Below are positions 1 to 8,974 of a stretch of DNA of 24,000 nucleotides, one piece after another. Position numbers and translations under genes: made by a program. This DNA comes from Thermococcus cleftensis (GTDB lineage Archaea > Methanobacteriota_B > Thermococci > Thermococcales > Thermococcaceae). Position 1 is the first letter of the stretch. The number at the start of each line of letters is the position of its first letter. The notes below the pieces were generated by a model. It saw only the letters and a program-made list of their open reading frames with translations, did not search any database and was not told where the DNA came from. The stretch spans positions 632,322-656,321 of the forward strand of contig NC_018015.1 of assembly GCF_000265525.1 (NCBI RefSeq), in the 5' to 3' direction.

Positions 1-353
1 ACCGCGTCGGGAAAACCGAGGTGGTTCCGCTGATAATCGGCCTTCCCTTCGAAGACGAGGCCGTAGAATGGAAGAAACCCACCGTTGAGGATTTGATGCT
101 CCACCTCATAGAGAGGGAGGGCCTGCTGGAGAGGATAAGGCCCGGACTGGAGGCCCTCAACGGGAGCCTCGGCAGGAAGCTCAAGCCAAAGGAGGTCATG
201 TACCTGGCCCTCTCAGCATACGGCCACTGGGGAAACCTCGAAGGGTTCTACGAGCTCTTCGTCATGCGCTCGCGCTTCAGAAACCTCAAAGCAGTCCTGC
301 GCGAGGCAGGGCTCATGGAGGGACTTAGATACCTCGCCTTTGCCGAGCGCTGA
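1..353 (+). CDS. C-terminal part of a hypothetical protein (5' end lies outside the window)
   Basis: The reading frame (codons phased from nt 3) is open to the left edge and has no stop before TGA at 351-353. The track's GTG at 21 is therefore probably internal. GC and codon style match neighbouring genes. I recognise no family motif. Confidence 0.5.
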   Translation, partial: RVGKTEVVPLIIGLPFEDEAVEWKKPTVEDLMLHLIEREGLLERIRPGLEALNGSLGRKLKPKEVMYLALSAYGHWGNLEGFYELFVMRSRFRNLKAVLREAGLMEGLRYLAFAER

Positions 354-392
354 GTTTTTAAGTTCCCTTCCTAGTTTCCACTGGTGATAAAG

Positions 393-1088
393 ATGAAGCT
401 CGTCTCATTCGACGTCTGGAACACCCTCCTCGACATCAACGTGATGCTCGACGTCATGGCCGTTGAGCTCTCCAGGCTGATGGGAGCGTGCATAGTCGAC
501 GTTGTGGAGGGCATGATGCTCACGCGCGAGAGGATAAAGCGCATGCGCGCCGGGACTCAGGGGGACCCCGAGAAGGCGCTGGAGGAGAGCCAGGAGATGC
601 TGGCTGAACTTCTAGGGATAGACGTCGAGCTCGTCAAAAGGGCCGCGGCGAGGGCGACGCTGAACGTTACCGAAGAGATAGTTCTCCCTGGAGCAAAAGA
701 AGCCCTCGAAGGAGTCAGGAGAAATGGCCTGAGGGTTACCGTGACGGGCAACGTGATGTTCTGGCCCGGCTCCTACACGAGGCTCCTACTCGAGAGGTTC
801 GGCCTGATGGACTACATTGATAAAACCTTCTTCGCCGACGAGGTGAAGGCCTTCAAGCCGATGCCCGAGATGTTCAGGAAGCCGCTCGATGCCTTCGGAG
901 TGAAGCCTGAAGATGCAATCCACATCGGCGACACCTACGCGGAGGACTTTGAAGGCGCTCTAAAGGCCGGCCTCTGGGCCGTCTGGATTAACCCCGAGGC
1001 CGAAGAAGTGAGAAGAATCCACGAGAGGGGCTTTGAAGTGCCTGGAGTTGAGGGGATTTTGGAGGTTTTGGAGGAGTTGGGAACATAA
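393..1088 (+). CDS. HAD-superfamily hydrolase (haloacid dehalogenase-like phosphatase, subfamily IA type)
   Basis: HAD motif I variant FDVWNTLL lies near the N-terminus. A motif II-like TGN and the C-terminal GDTYAEDFEGALKAG (motif IV, GDxxxxD) are present. ATG 393 is preceded by GGTGAT at 383-388. The track's GTG at 384 is an alternative start. Confidence 0.8.
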   Translation: MKLVSFDVWNTLLDINVMLDVMAVELSRLMGACIVDVVEGMMLTRERIKRMRAGTQGDPEKALEESQEMLAELLGIDVELVKRAAARATLNVTEEIVLPGAKEALEGVRRNGLRVTVTGNVMFWPGSYTRLLLERFGLMDYIDKTFFADEVKAFKPMPEMFRKPLDAFGVKPEDAIHIGDTYAEDFEGALKAGLWAVWINPEAEEVRRIHERGFEVPGVEGILEVLEELGT

Positions 1089-1137
1089 GCTAACACCCGG
1101 CTTGAGTTCCACTTCTTCGCCGGAGGAGGACTGAAAA

Positions 1138-1290
1138 ATGGAGCCTCAAGACCCGCTCCCGGAATACGCGCTCACCGTCTTGACCTACACCCTCAAGTGG
1201 ACAGATTCAATCGAACGAGAAATCACACAAGTGAGCAAATCCTGTGAAAACCCCCACCAAAAAACTCCAATGCCTCCGGGAAGTCCTTGA
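1138..1290 (+). CDS. 50-aa ORF with a strong Shine-Dalgarno site; either a separate small protein or the displaced N-terminus of the downstream hypothetical gene
   Basis: ATG 1138 sits 7 nt after GGAGGAGGA (1122-1130). Hand translation gives MEPQDPLPEYALTVLTYTLKWTDSIEREITQVSKSCENPHQKTPMPPGSP, with stop TGA at 1288-1290. It overlaps the 1244 ORF in a different frame. The overlap spans homopolymer runs A4, C5 and A6 (1247-1264). Confidence 0.3.
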   Translation: MEPQDPLPEYALTVLTYTLKWTDSIEREITQVSKSCENPHQKTPMPPGSP

Positions 1291-2227
1291 GGAAGGAATC
1301 CCTGTCTATTACCGCCAGTATGAAGTCCCCGGGTGGACCTTCAAATTCGATTATCAAGACTGGAAGGGCAAGTTCATACGAACCACCACCCGCAAAATCA
1401 GAAAAAAGAAAATCAGAACCGCTGAAATTTACACCACGACCGTGAACCACCCCCTCGTGAAATACTTGCTACTCCTTGCCCCCGATTGTGAGGACATTGA
1501 GAAATTCAAAGACCTCAAGGCGACGTTCGGCCCCGAACTGACGGTGAAAGACTTTGTTGAGGCGTGGATGGCCCGCACTGCATTCTACGAAATTGCAGAG
1601 GAAATTGCCGAAAAAGCAAACTTTCTAGGGAAATTCAGCACTCCACTTGGAGAAGCCGCCAAGGACAGGCTGACATTCGACCAAAAGGCTGAAGCCGTCT
1701 TGAAGTATGTGAAATCGTTTTTCCGCTCAAGTGCGCCACTTGTAAACGACTTCCCCGCGGACGGTTTCTTGGTTTACTGCCCCATATGCAACTCATTCGT
1801 TGAAGGGAGCCCCTACCTTAGACTTAGTGTTTTTCCAGATGATGAGTACGCTTACTGGATTGCCGCACTCGTCACGCACTACCGCCATCACCACATTCAG
1901 TATTACGACAAGACCCTCTCCAACCCCCGGTATGGTGAAAAGAACAAGGAGTTCCAGACGCTCGGAGAGGATTATGATGCTTTCAAAGAGGTAGTGAATA
2001 ACCGCGCGAAGAGACAGATAATCCGGGCCATTTTGCGGGACGATTTCCTGGACGAAACCCACAAGGAGAACCTAATCAGGGCCGTGCTTAGGCTCCAAAA
2101 CAATGACGACAAGACCATTGAGCTGGTCGAGAAGACCCTTGCGAAACTCAAGAGACCTGGCAAGAAAAAGCGCCGTCAGAACAGGCTGTTTTCTGGCACA
2201 AACTCAGGCACAACAGGAGTTTCATAA
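1244..2227 (+). CDS. Hypothetical protein with a CPIC...HYRHHH putative metal-binding motif and a basic C-terminal tail
   Basis: 327-aa ORF with only a GTG start at 1244 and a weak SD-like GTGAG about 9 nt upstream. It contains CPICNSF(x30)HYRHHH and a KRPGKKKRRQNR tail. It is visibly more A/T-rich than flanking genes. I recognise no family. Confidence 0.6.
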   Translation: MKTPTKKLQCLREVLEEGIPVYYRQYEVPGWTFKFDYQDWKGKFIRTTTRKIRKKKIRTAEIYTTTVNHPLVKYLLLLAPDCEDIEKFKDLKATFGPELTVKDFVEAWMARTAFYEIAEEIAEKANFLGKFSTPLGEAAKDRLTFDQKAEAVLKYVKSFFRSSAPLVNDFPADGFLVYCPICNSFVEGSPYLRLSVFPDDEYAYWIAALVTHYRHHHIQYYDKTLSNPRYGEKNKEFQTLGEDYDAFKEVVNNRAKRQIIRAILRDDFLDETHKENLIRAVLRLQNNDDKTIELVEKTLAKLKRPGKKKRRQNRLFSGTNSGTTGVS

Positions 2228-2279
2228 ATAGGGCAATGTCGGAAGCATTTAATGCTGGGAAAAGAAACCAGATAACTCC

Positions 2280-5200
2280 TCACTTCTTCTTCCCCTTCGG
2301 CTTCAGCCACGCGCCAAGACCGACCTGCCTCGTCTTCTGGTAGCGCAGGTCTTCCTTGCGGTAGCCAAAGGCCCTGAGGATTCTCTCCACCGCTGGGAGA
2401 ACCTGGTTCTCGATGTAGTAGTCCGCATCGTACTTGTGCTTTGTCGGGTCGAACTCGTCGAAGGGAATGGCTCTATCGCCTATCCTTCCGGAGCCCTTCA
2501 GAACGATGTAGCTTATCACAGTTCCGGGCCGGATTTTAACACCTCTGGCGGCCAAACGCTTCGCTATGGCCACGTGCGGGCCGGTGGCCTTGTAGTCCTT
2601 GAGCTCGCGCGTTATCTGCTCGTGGATAACCAGCTTCTCCGGCGGAACCTCGTACTTGCTCAGCTTTTCGGTGACTTCCCTCACAATTCTGACGGCCTCC
2701 TCAACGTCACCGTGCTTCAGTATCGCCTCAAGAACCCTCGCCTGCGTCTCCTTCGCTATCTCGCTCCAGTCGCGCCGGACTATCTCAAGCCCGCGTGTGG
2801 TTATCTTGCCCTCCTCGTCTATAACCGCGTACTTCTTCTTCGTGACGAAGAACCCCCTGACGTAGAAGCCCTCGTATTCGAGTTCAAGAAGGCCGGGCAG
2901 TTTGGCGTTGATGTATTTTAAGAACTCCCCGGCCTTCTTCTTGACGGTCTCGGCATCAGCCCCGGGAATCGTCGCGAAGAAACCGTCGGTATTGTGAACG
3001 AGTATTCCGTTGGCGAAGAACCTGTGGGTTCCCTCAACCTCGATGTCGTAGACGTAGCCGTTGTAAGTTATCTCCTGGATATCAATGGGCGTAATTGGGG
3101 CGATTTCGGATAGGCTTTTCTTGACGGATATTAATTCTCTATCCCCAAGTTCGTGAGGTTTTACCTCCCTAAACACGTTCCCTTCCCTAACGATGAGAGA
3201 ATGGTCCTCTGTAACGTCCAGATGCCACGAGTTGGTGAACTTAATCCTGTAGATCCTCTTCTCCGCCCTGTGCCGCATAACGTAGGGAACCCGTCTCCAT
3301 ACGAGCCTCCCCCTGCTATCAAGGGTCAATGCTTCGACGCCTTCGAGAACGCAGTACTCCTTCTCCCCGATCCTGTAATCAACGCGCTCAAAGAGTTTTT
3401 CTATCGGCACGAACTCAACCCGGCCGTTCCGCCTGATTATTACCTCAGTGTCACCGGTGACGCTGTCCGCATAGAGAACCTTAAACCCGAACTTCTCCTC
3501 TATCTCGCGAATGGTCGTCTCTATGTACTCCCTGCCCCACGCCGTAACGCTCTCGGCGCACTCCCTGCAGTACCATCTTGCCCTGGCGTAGCCGTAGTAG
3601 CCGTAGTAGCTGTTGTGCGCGTAGAGGAACCCAAAGCCAGCCAGGAAGTTCTCGTCCTCCTCAACGCTCAGGTCGTAGACGTACCCCTCGTAGCTTTCCT
3701 TCCTGACTTCCGAGACCCTGTCGAGGACTATATCCCCGTCGAGGAGCCAGCCTATCCTCCCGGCCCTTTCCGCGTCGAGCTCCCCGCTTTCCACCAGCTC
3801 CCTGAATTTCCCGGGGCTCATGTTCTTCTGGAAGGCCCGGCCGAAGGTCTCTTCCAGCACTTCCCTCGGTATGACGTGGGAGTAGTAGGCGTTCTTCCGC
3901 TTCCGGTAATCTGTAAAGGGCAGTTCCTCGTTCACGTAGACCCTGTAAACCCCGCTGTCGTGGCGGAGCTTTATCGCTGAGACGCCCAGCGAGTTCAGGA
4001 GCAGGACGAGGCCGTTAGCCAGAAGCTCGCTCTTGGTGGAGAGCCGAACCATCTTGCTCGGGTGAACGTCGCCGTCGCCGATGAAGTACCCCTCAAGGAA
4101 GGCCCAGCGGACCTCCTCAGGGGACGTGAAGATAAGCCACGGAACCCTCTTGCTCTCGGCCGGTGAACCACAGAGTCCCTCGAAGATTAGGTAGGCCATC
4201 TTCTTTGAAATCTCAACGTAGTTCCCCCCGCGCCTCACGCCCCCAAAGAACTCCCTCGCGAGGTTCTCCATGTCGTCGAGAACGCTCCCGTCCTCGTTGT
4301 AAAGCCTCACCGTATAGCTCCAGCCCCCGGTCCGGTTTTTCCACTTCCCGGCGTTCCCCTCGCTCACGTAGTAACCGAGGAGCTTCGCGAACTTCCAATC
4401 AACCTCTATGAACGGCCTTATCCTGAACCCGTTCCTCGTCCCAACTAGCCACTCTTCAAGCTCCTTCTCGGGCATCAGGCGGAGGACGGGGCGGAGCGCG
4501 TTGAAATCGGCGATGAACTCCCTCCTGTTGCCGTTGTAGCGGATTACCTCCACAAGCCTCTCGTAGAGCGCGCGGTACCTTTCCAGCCCCTCCTTATCAA
4601 CCACTTCGTAGCCGATTTTCCTCAGCTTCACGTAGCCGAGCCCAGCAAGGTGTTCCAGGTAGCGCCTGGCCGTCCTCGGTCTCCTCTCCTCCCCGAAAAC
4701 CCAGCGGAGGGTTCTGAGCATTCCCCTGAAGAAGTTCTTTCTACCCTTTACCGGAATTGTCATGACGATGTCGGCCGTTTCCTCGTCGGGCAGTTCGAGG
4801 AGCAGTTCCACGACGTTGAGCCTCTCCCTCCTCTCCGGGAGGGTTATCCGCTTTGGCACCGCCAGGAGGTCGCCGGGCTTGACCTCCTCCCCCGTCACCT
4901 CCACAAGCTCGCCGTCCCGGTACGCGAAGAGGCTGTGGCCCCGCGTCACGCTTATCCTCCTTCCGGAGTTGAGGGTTATCCTGTAAACCTCCCCGGCATA
5001 GCGGTGCCTTATCACGGCTTTCACCGGCATTGTGCGGGCTTTCTTGGACTCCCTGTCAAAGGAGAGGGCGTACAGTCCCTCGACTTCAAGGACCTCGGTG
5101 TCGCCGTCTCTTTTCACCCTCTCCCCGCTGGCTTCCATCAGTCCATCAACCAGCTCGCCGATGCGGACGGGCCTGAGTTTCCCCCATTCAATGACCGCAA

Positions 5201-6695
5201 TCCACTCCCCGGGAAGAAGGCTGTTGGCGAGAATCTTGATGGCGCGCTGGCGGTAATCGAGGAGCTTCCTCTCCAGCGGGTCTATCGTTGCCTTCATCTT
5301 CCTCTTTATCTTCTGCCTCTCCTCCAGCAGGTTTCCGAGCAGGCTCGGAATGAAGCCCGGGAAGTCCTTGCAGAACTTGTGCCCGACCTGCGGGGCTGTA
5401 TCGTACTCCTTACACCCCTCGCGGTTGAGCGTATCTGGCGAGACGTTGTGGGTGATTATGATTGAAGGGTAGAGACTACGAAAGTCTAGATACACAATAT
5501 TATCCCACAGCCCCCGCTCCGGCTCCTTGACGTAGCCGCCGGCGTAACCCCCCCTTCTCCTCGCCAGCTCCCTCTCGTCGGGCTTGTTGGGGGCGAGTTC
5601 GTTCCTCTCGTAGGCTTTCCTGAGCAAAAACCACTCAACAAGGTTGCCGGTGCTGGAGCGGGAAACGTCCCAGAGGCTCTGGCCGATGAGCCTGGAAAGC
5701 TGGGCCTCCATCGGGAAGAACTCTTTTCCTAGCTCGTAGGTGACCTTCGCGTCCTCCATCGAGTAGCGCGCGACCCTCTCAAGCCCCTCGCCGGTCTCCC
5801 AGGCGGTGGCTATCTCCTCCGCGTAGACCTTCTCCTTTGGCTTTCCAAATATCGCCTCGTAAACGGCCTCAAGGGTGTAGGTGGGCAGGTTTATGGTGTG
5901 CCTTATGACTGGATAAAGGTCGAAGTGTATCCTGCCCTTCACCTCAACCGCAAACCTGTCCCCTATGCGCTGTATCTTCGGCTCGCTCCCGTCCCTTCCG
6001 AGGGTAAAGCTCACGCCAAGCTTCTCACAGCGCTTTTTCAGGTAGGCGAAGTCGAAGTTGTCGCCGTTGTATGTTATCAGCACGTCCGGGTCCTTCTCCT
6101 TAACGACCTTAAGGAAGCGCTTAATCATCTCCCTCTCTGTGGAGACAACCTCAACGTAGGGCAGGTCGATCTTCTTCCAGGTTATCACCCTCGCCTCATT
6201 CTCGTCGGCGTAGCTTATCATCAGGATCGGCCCGGTTCCGAACTCCTCGCCCTCGTGGTAGAGCGTCTCGATGTCAAAGGACATGAGTTTAAGCTCTTCC
6301 TCACCTTCCATCGGGATTAGCCCCTTGTCTATGAGGTAGCGCTTGGCGAAGGGTATGTCGTACTCGTAGATGTCGATGACCGCGGGGTGATTCCGTATTT
6401 TGTCGCGGATTGCCGGCACGTCCTGCGGGTGCTCGAAGTAGAGCTTCCACACATCAACGGGCCTGCCGAGGAACTTCTTCTTCACCTTCTCCGCGTGCTT
6501 GACCCTAACGATCCTGCCGTGCCTCTCGGCGGTTATCTTTTTGATTTCTTCGATGGCGGAGTCGTCCCTGAGGAGCGCGTAGAAGTAGGGCTCGAACTCG
6601 CGGTCGTATTCAATCCTGAACTCGCCGTCCTCCTTCTTGAATACCCTTATGACGGGCTTTCCATTCTCGGTGATGTAATCAACGTCAAGGATCAT
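2280..6695 (-). CDS. polB: Family-B DNA polymerase (PolB) precursor containing two inteins
   Basis: N-terminus is [22 protein letters not shown]. Exonuclease motif FDIETLY (D141/E143), [11 protein letters not shown] (D404/Y409), [10 protein letters not shown] (A485) and YAD/TDG (D540/D542) fall at the same residue numbers as KOD/9N-type Thermococcus PolB when counted from ATG 6695. Removing the two insertions leaves 776 aa. The track ORF extends to GTG 6704 (MLV-MILD), which is an alternative start. Confidence 0.97.
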   Translation of the reverse strand: MILDVDYITENGKPVIRVFKKEDGEFRIEYDREFEPYFYALLRDDSAIEEIKKITAERHGRIVRVKHAEKVKKKFLGRPVDVWKLYFEHPQDVPAIRDKIRNHPAVIDIYEYDIPFAKRYLIDKGLIPMEGEEELKLMSFDIETLYHEGEEFGTGPILMISYADENEARVITWKKIDLPYVEVVSTEREMIKRFLKVVKEKDPDVLITYNGDNFDFAYLKKRCEKLGVSFTLGRDGSEPKIQRIGDRFAVEVKGRIHFDLYPVIRHTINLPTYTLEAVYEAIFGKPKEKVYAEEIATAWETGEGLERVARYSMEDAKVTYELGKEFFPMEAQLSRLIGQSLWDVSRSSTGNLVEWFLLRKAYERNELAPNKPDERELARRRGGYAGGYVKEPERGLWDNIVYLDFRSLYPSIIITHNVSPDTLNREGCKEYDTAPQVGHKFCKDFPGFIPSLLGNLLEERQKIKRKMKATIDPLERKLLDYRQRAIKILANSLLPGEWIAVIEWGKLRPVRIGELVDGLMEASGERVKRDGDTEVLEVEGLYALSFDRESKKARTMPVKAVIRHRYAGEVYRITLNSGRRISVTRGHSLFAYRDGELVEVTGEEVKPGDLLAVPKRITLPERRERLNVVELLLELPDEETADIVMTIPVKGRKNFFRGMLRTLRWVFGEERRPRTARRYLEHLAGLGYVKLRKIGYEVVDKEGLERYRALYERLVEVIRYNGNRREFIADFNALRPVLRLMPEKELEEWLVGTRNGFRIRPFIEVDWKFAKLLGYYVSEGNAGKWKNRTGGWSYTVRLYNEDGSVLDDMENLAREFFGGVRRGGNYVEISKKMAYLIFEGLCGSPAESKRVPWLIFTSPEEVRWAFLEGYFIGDGDVHPSKMVRLSTKSELLANGLVLLLNSLGVSAIKLRHDSGVYRVYVNEELPFTDYRKRKNAYYSHVIPREVLEETFGRAFQKNMSPGKFRELVESGELDAERAGRIGWLLDGDIVLDRVSEVRKESYEGYVYDLSVEEDENFLAGFGFLYAHNSYYGYYGYARARWYCRECAESVTAWGREYIETTIREIEEKFGFKVLYADSVTGDTEVIIRRNGRVEFVPIEKLFERVDYRIGEKEYCVLEGVEALTLDSRGRLVWRRVPYVMRHRAEKRIYRIKFTNSWHLDVTEDHSLIVREGNVFREVKPHELGDRELISVKKSLSEIAPITPIDIQEITYNGYVYDIEVEGTHRFFANGILVHNTDGFFATIPGADAETVKKKAGEFLKYINAKLPGLLELEYEGFYVRGFFVTKKKYAVIDEEGKITTRGLEIVRRDWSEIAKETQARVLEAILKHGDVEEAVRIVREVTEKLSKYEVPPEKLVIHEQITRELKDYKATGPHVAIAKRLAARGVKIRPGTVISYIVLKGSGRIGDRAIPFDEFDPTKHKYDADYYIENQVLPAVERILRAFGYRKEDLRYQKTRQVGLGAWLKPKGKKK
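2991..3464 (-). mobile_element. Intein 2, at the pol-c site (VLYAD|S...HN|TDG): 158-aa mini-intein without an endonuclease domain
   Basis: Junction codons were checked by hand: GAC(D) 3467-3465 then AGC(S1) 3464-3462, and CAC-AAT (HN) 2996-2991 followed by ACC-GAC (TD). Block A is [10 protein letters not shown], block B is [10 protein letters not shown], and blocks F/G are [23 protein letters not shown]. There is no LAGLIDADG motif. Confidence 0.88.
3612..5222 (-). mobile_element. Intein 1, at the pol-b site (KILAN|S...HN|SYYGY): 537 aa with a LAGLIDADG homing-endonuclease domain
   Basis: Junction codons were checked by hand: AAC(N) 5225-5223 then AGC(S1) 5222-5220, and CAC-AAC (HN) 3617-3612 followed by AGC(S+1). 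Block A is [10 protein letters not shown] and block B is SVTRGHSLF. The LAGLIDADG motifs are [12 protein letters not shown] and [12 protein letters not shown]. The C-terminus is [25 protein letters not shown]. It is collinear with the Tli Pol-1-type intein as I remember it. Confidence 0.9.
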
Positions 6696-6776
6696 GACCA
6701 ACACCTGCCTGATTATCGAACCCGGAGCTAATAAACTTCGCCATTGATGCTACCAGAAAAGAGGAGAAAACAACAA

Positions 6777-7331
6777 TCAAGGGCTCACAACTCTTGGAAC
6801 AAGGGCACCGCACTTCCGCTGAAGCTCGGCGTTGGCTTTCAAAAGCTCTTCACTGGGGTAGTCGCCGTTCTCTCGCCATTCCGTTGCAAAGTCGTGAATC
6901 AGGCTTAATCCCTCACGGACGGCGGAGACGTTGGCGGTTCCGTTGATGAAAGCCGTTCTTGAGACGTTTAGAAAATCCAGGCACGGCCCAGTATCGACCA
7001 TTACAAGAACCGAATCGTTGAACGTGTCCAGTTCAAGGTAATCCGCGGTCTCGATTAAGTGATTGAGGAGGCTCAGAAAATCACCCTCAAGTTCAACGGT
7101 GGAAAGGTTAAACACGGCAGTGGAATTCGAGTTGAGCGCCTCTATTGCGTTCTTGGAGTGGAACTGGATATCAACCATCGTGGAAAAAGTCACGGTGTGA
7201 ATCCAGCCCCTTTCACAGTTCCTTTGTCCCTCAATAAAGGCGTCCAAACGCTCTCTCTGGACGTGGAGATGGAAGGCCGAAACCAGGACTATCAGCAACA
7301 CCGCAAGGGCCACCACACTGCTCAGCTTCAT
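6777..7331 (-). CDS. Hypothetical membrane-anchored or secreted protein (184 aa)
   Basis: The internal ATG at 7331 is preceded on the minus strand by GTGGTGGAG. It gives an N-terminus MKLSSVVALAVLLIVLVSAF, a hydrophobic anchor or signal sequence. There are several N-x-S/T sequons. The longer track ORF (to 7436) would run into the divergent promoter and the start of the next gene. The gene is more A/T-rich than its neighbours. Confidence 0.6.
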   Translation of the reverse strand: MKLSSVVALAVLLIVLVSAFHLHVQRERLDAFIEGQRNCERGWIHTVTFSTMVDIQFHSKNAIEALNSNSTAVFNLSTVELEGDFLSLLNHLIETADYLELDTFNDSVLVMVDTGPCLDFLNVSRTAFINGTANVSAVREGLSLIHDFATEWRENGDYPSEELLKANAELQRKCGALVPRVVSP

Positions 7332-7403
7332 TGACTCCACCACGTTAATCCCACGTTCCAAGGTAATAAGTATTTCGGCGAACAAAGTAGAAACACACCA
7401 CCA

Positions 7404-7416
7404 CCTTTTTAAACTC
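7404..7416 (+). promoter_or_regulatory. Putative TATA box (CCTTTTTAAACTC) for the methyltransferase gene; the spacing suggests a leaderless mRNA
   Basis: An A/T-rich box is centred about 25 nt upstream of ATG 7435, and there is no SD sequence in between. Confidence 0.4.
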
Positions 7417-7434
7417 CCGCTCAAAGCCACGTCC

Positions 7435-8790
7435 ATGGAGCTGTTTTACAGGGTGAGCTTTCAGGAAGTGGTGGCCGACGCTTTAAGCCTGGTTGAGGAG
7501 CGCGAGCTGTCGTCGAAGCACGCCCTCGAGAGGGTCTTTAAGCGGGTAGCTGGCAGGGACAGGGACAAGGCCCGCGGATTGGCCCACGCCTACGTCTTCG
7601 AGATAGAGAAGTGGCGCGCTAAAATAGACTTCATAATCAATTCTGTGCTTAAAGGCTCAAAGGTCGAAGATCTCGACCCCTATCTGGCCAACCTCCTTCG
7701 CATAGGAACCTTTGAGATACACTTCAGAAAGGTTCCGCCGGCGATAGCGACCGACTCGATAATCCGCGTCGTCAAGGAGCGCTTTGACTTCAGCAGGGCA
7801 AAGTTCGTCAACGCTCTGATGCACTCGATAGAGAAGTTCGACGTTGATAAGGCGCTCAAGAAGCTCAAGGAGCGTGACAGAATCGAGTGGCTGAGCATCC
7901 GCTTCTCCCACCCGCGCTGGTACGTTGAGTACGCCATCGAACTGCTCGGCTACGATGAAGCCGTCCGCCTGCTCCTCAGCAACAACAGGCCGCAGCGTTA
8001 TTACGTCCGGGCCAACCTCCTTAAGACGGACGTCGATTCCCTCCGCGATTACCTTGAGGAGAACGGGGTAAGGACGGCAAGAACCCCCGTCCCCGATGTC
8101 CTGAAGGTTCTCGACTACAAAACGCCCGTAACGAGGCTCAACTGGTACAGGGAAGGGAAGTTCGTGATTCAGGACTTAGCGAGCGCTTACGTCGCCCACG
8201 TTCTGGCCCCGGAGCCTGGTGAGAGGGTCCTCGACCTGGCGGCCGCTCCCGGTTCAAAGACCTTCCACGCCGCCGCTCTAATGGAGAACCGCGGTGAGAT
8301 AGTGGCGGTGGATTACTCCTACGACAGGCTCATGCGCATGAGGGAGAAGATGAAACTTCTCGGAATCAAAAACGTCAAGCTCGTCCACGCGGACGGCCAG
8401 AGCTTCAAGGACAGGGAGAAGTTCGATAAGATAATCCTCGATGCACCGTGCTCAAGCTCCGGAACCTACCGCCAGTTTCCCGAGGTCAAATGGCGCTTCA
8501 ACGAGGAGAAGATAAAGCGCATCATAAGCGTCCAGCGCAACATGCTCCGCAACGCGTACGAGAACCTCCGCGACGGCGGCGAGATGACCTACTCAACCTG
8601 CTCGGTTAGAATAGACGAGGACGAAGAGAACGTGCTCTTCGCGATAAACAGGGCCGGACTGGAGCTCGTTCCCTACGACTTCAGCTGGGGCGACAGGGGC
8701 TTCCTTGAGGTGGGGGAGAAGGTCTTTAGAGCGTGGACGCACAGGCACGACTGCAACAGCTTTTTTATAGCGAAGATGAGAAAGGGTTAA
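7435..8790 (+). CDS. RsmB/NOP2/Sun-family RNA (cytosine-C5)-methyltransferase with an N-terminal NusB-like domain
   Basis: SAM-binding motif VLDLAAAPGSKT, catalytic motif IV DAPCSSSGT and motif VI TYSTCS are present. The ~200-aa helical N-terminal domain is typical of RsmB-like enzymes. Confidence 0.9.
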   Translation: MELFYRVSFQEVVADALSLVEERELSSKHALERVFKRVAGRDRDKARGLAHAYVFEIEKWRAKIDFIINSVLKGSKVEDLDPYLANLLRIGTFEIHFRKVPPAIATDSIIRVVKERFDFSRAKFVNALMHSIEKFDVDKALKKLKERDRIEWLSIRFSHPRWYVEYAIELLGYDEAVRLLLSNNRPQRYYVRANLLKTDVDSLRDYLEENGVRTARTPVPDVLKVLDYKTPVTRLNWYREGKFVIQDLASAYVAHVLAPEPGERVLDLAAAPGSKTFHAAALMENRGEIVAVDYSYDRLMRMREKMKLLGIKNVKLVHADGQSFKDREKFDKIILDAPCSSSGTYRQFPEVKWRFNEEKIKRIISVQRNMLRNAYENLRDGGEMTYSTCSVRIDEDEENVLFAINRAGLELVPYDFSWGDRGFLEVGEKVFRAWTHRHDCNSFFIAKMRKG

Positions 8791-8815
8791 AAGTTGGGCC
8801 CCCTAAATCATACAC

Positions 8816-8974
8816 ATGGAAAGCATGGTTTCGGAGTTTGATGAGGTCTTTGCATTGGCCAACATGCTCCGGACAGGCCACTTTTCGAGAAAGCTGAGGA
8901 GAAGAAGGATAAAGGGCTCCTGGAGGGAGCTCCGTGAGTACATTGAGGAATACAGGGACGTTCTTGGACAGTAG
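8816..8974 (+). CDS. Candidate antitoxin-like small ORF (52 aa) upstream of and overlapping the PIN gene
   Basis: Hand translation from ATG 8816 gives MESMVSEFDEVFALANMLRTGHFSRKLRRRRIKGSWRELREYIEEYRDVLGQ, with stop TAG at 8972-8974. It is too short for the ORF track. Its position and overlap with the toxin start match type II TA architecture. I see no recognisable AbrB, RHH or DUF104 motif and no clear SD. Confidence 0.35.
   Translation: MESMVSEFDEVFALANMLRTGHFSRKLRRRRIKGSWRELREYIEEYRDVLGQ

Noticed and set aside
6696-7436. Longest-ORF starts: GTG 6704 for polB, and position 7436 for the 219-aa version of the small anchored protein
   Set aside because: Thermococcus PolB proteins begin MILD..., which corresponds to ATG 6695. 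For the small protein, the internal ATG 7331 has an SD and yields a signal-anchor N-terminus. The extension would cross the divergent promoter and touch the methyltransferase ATG.
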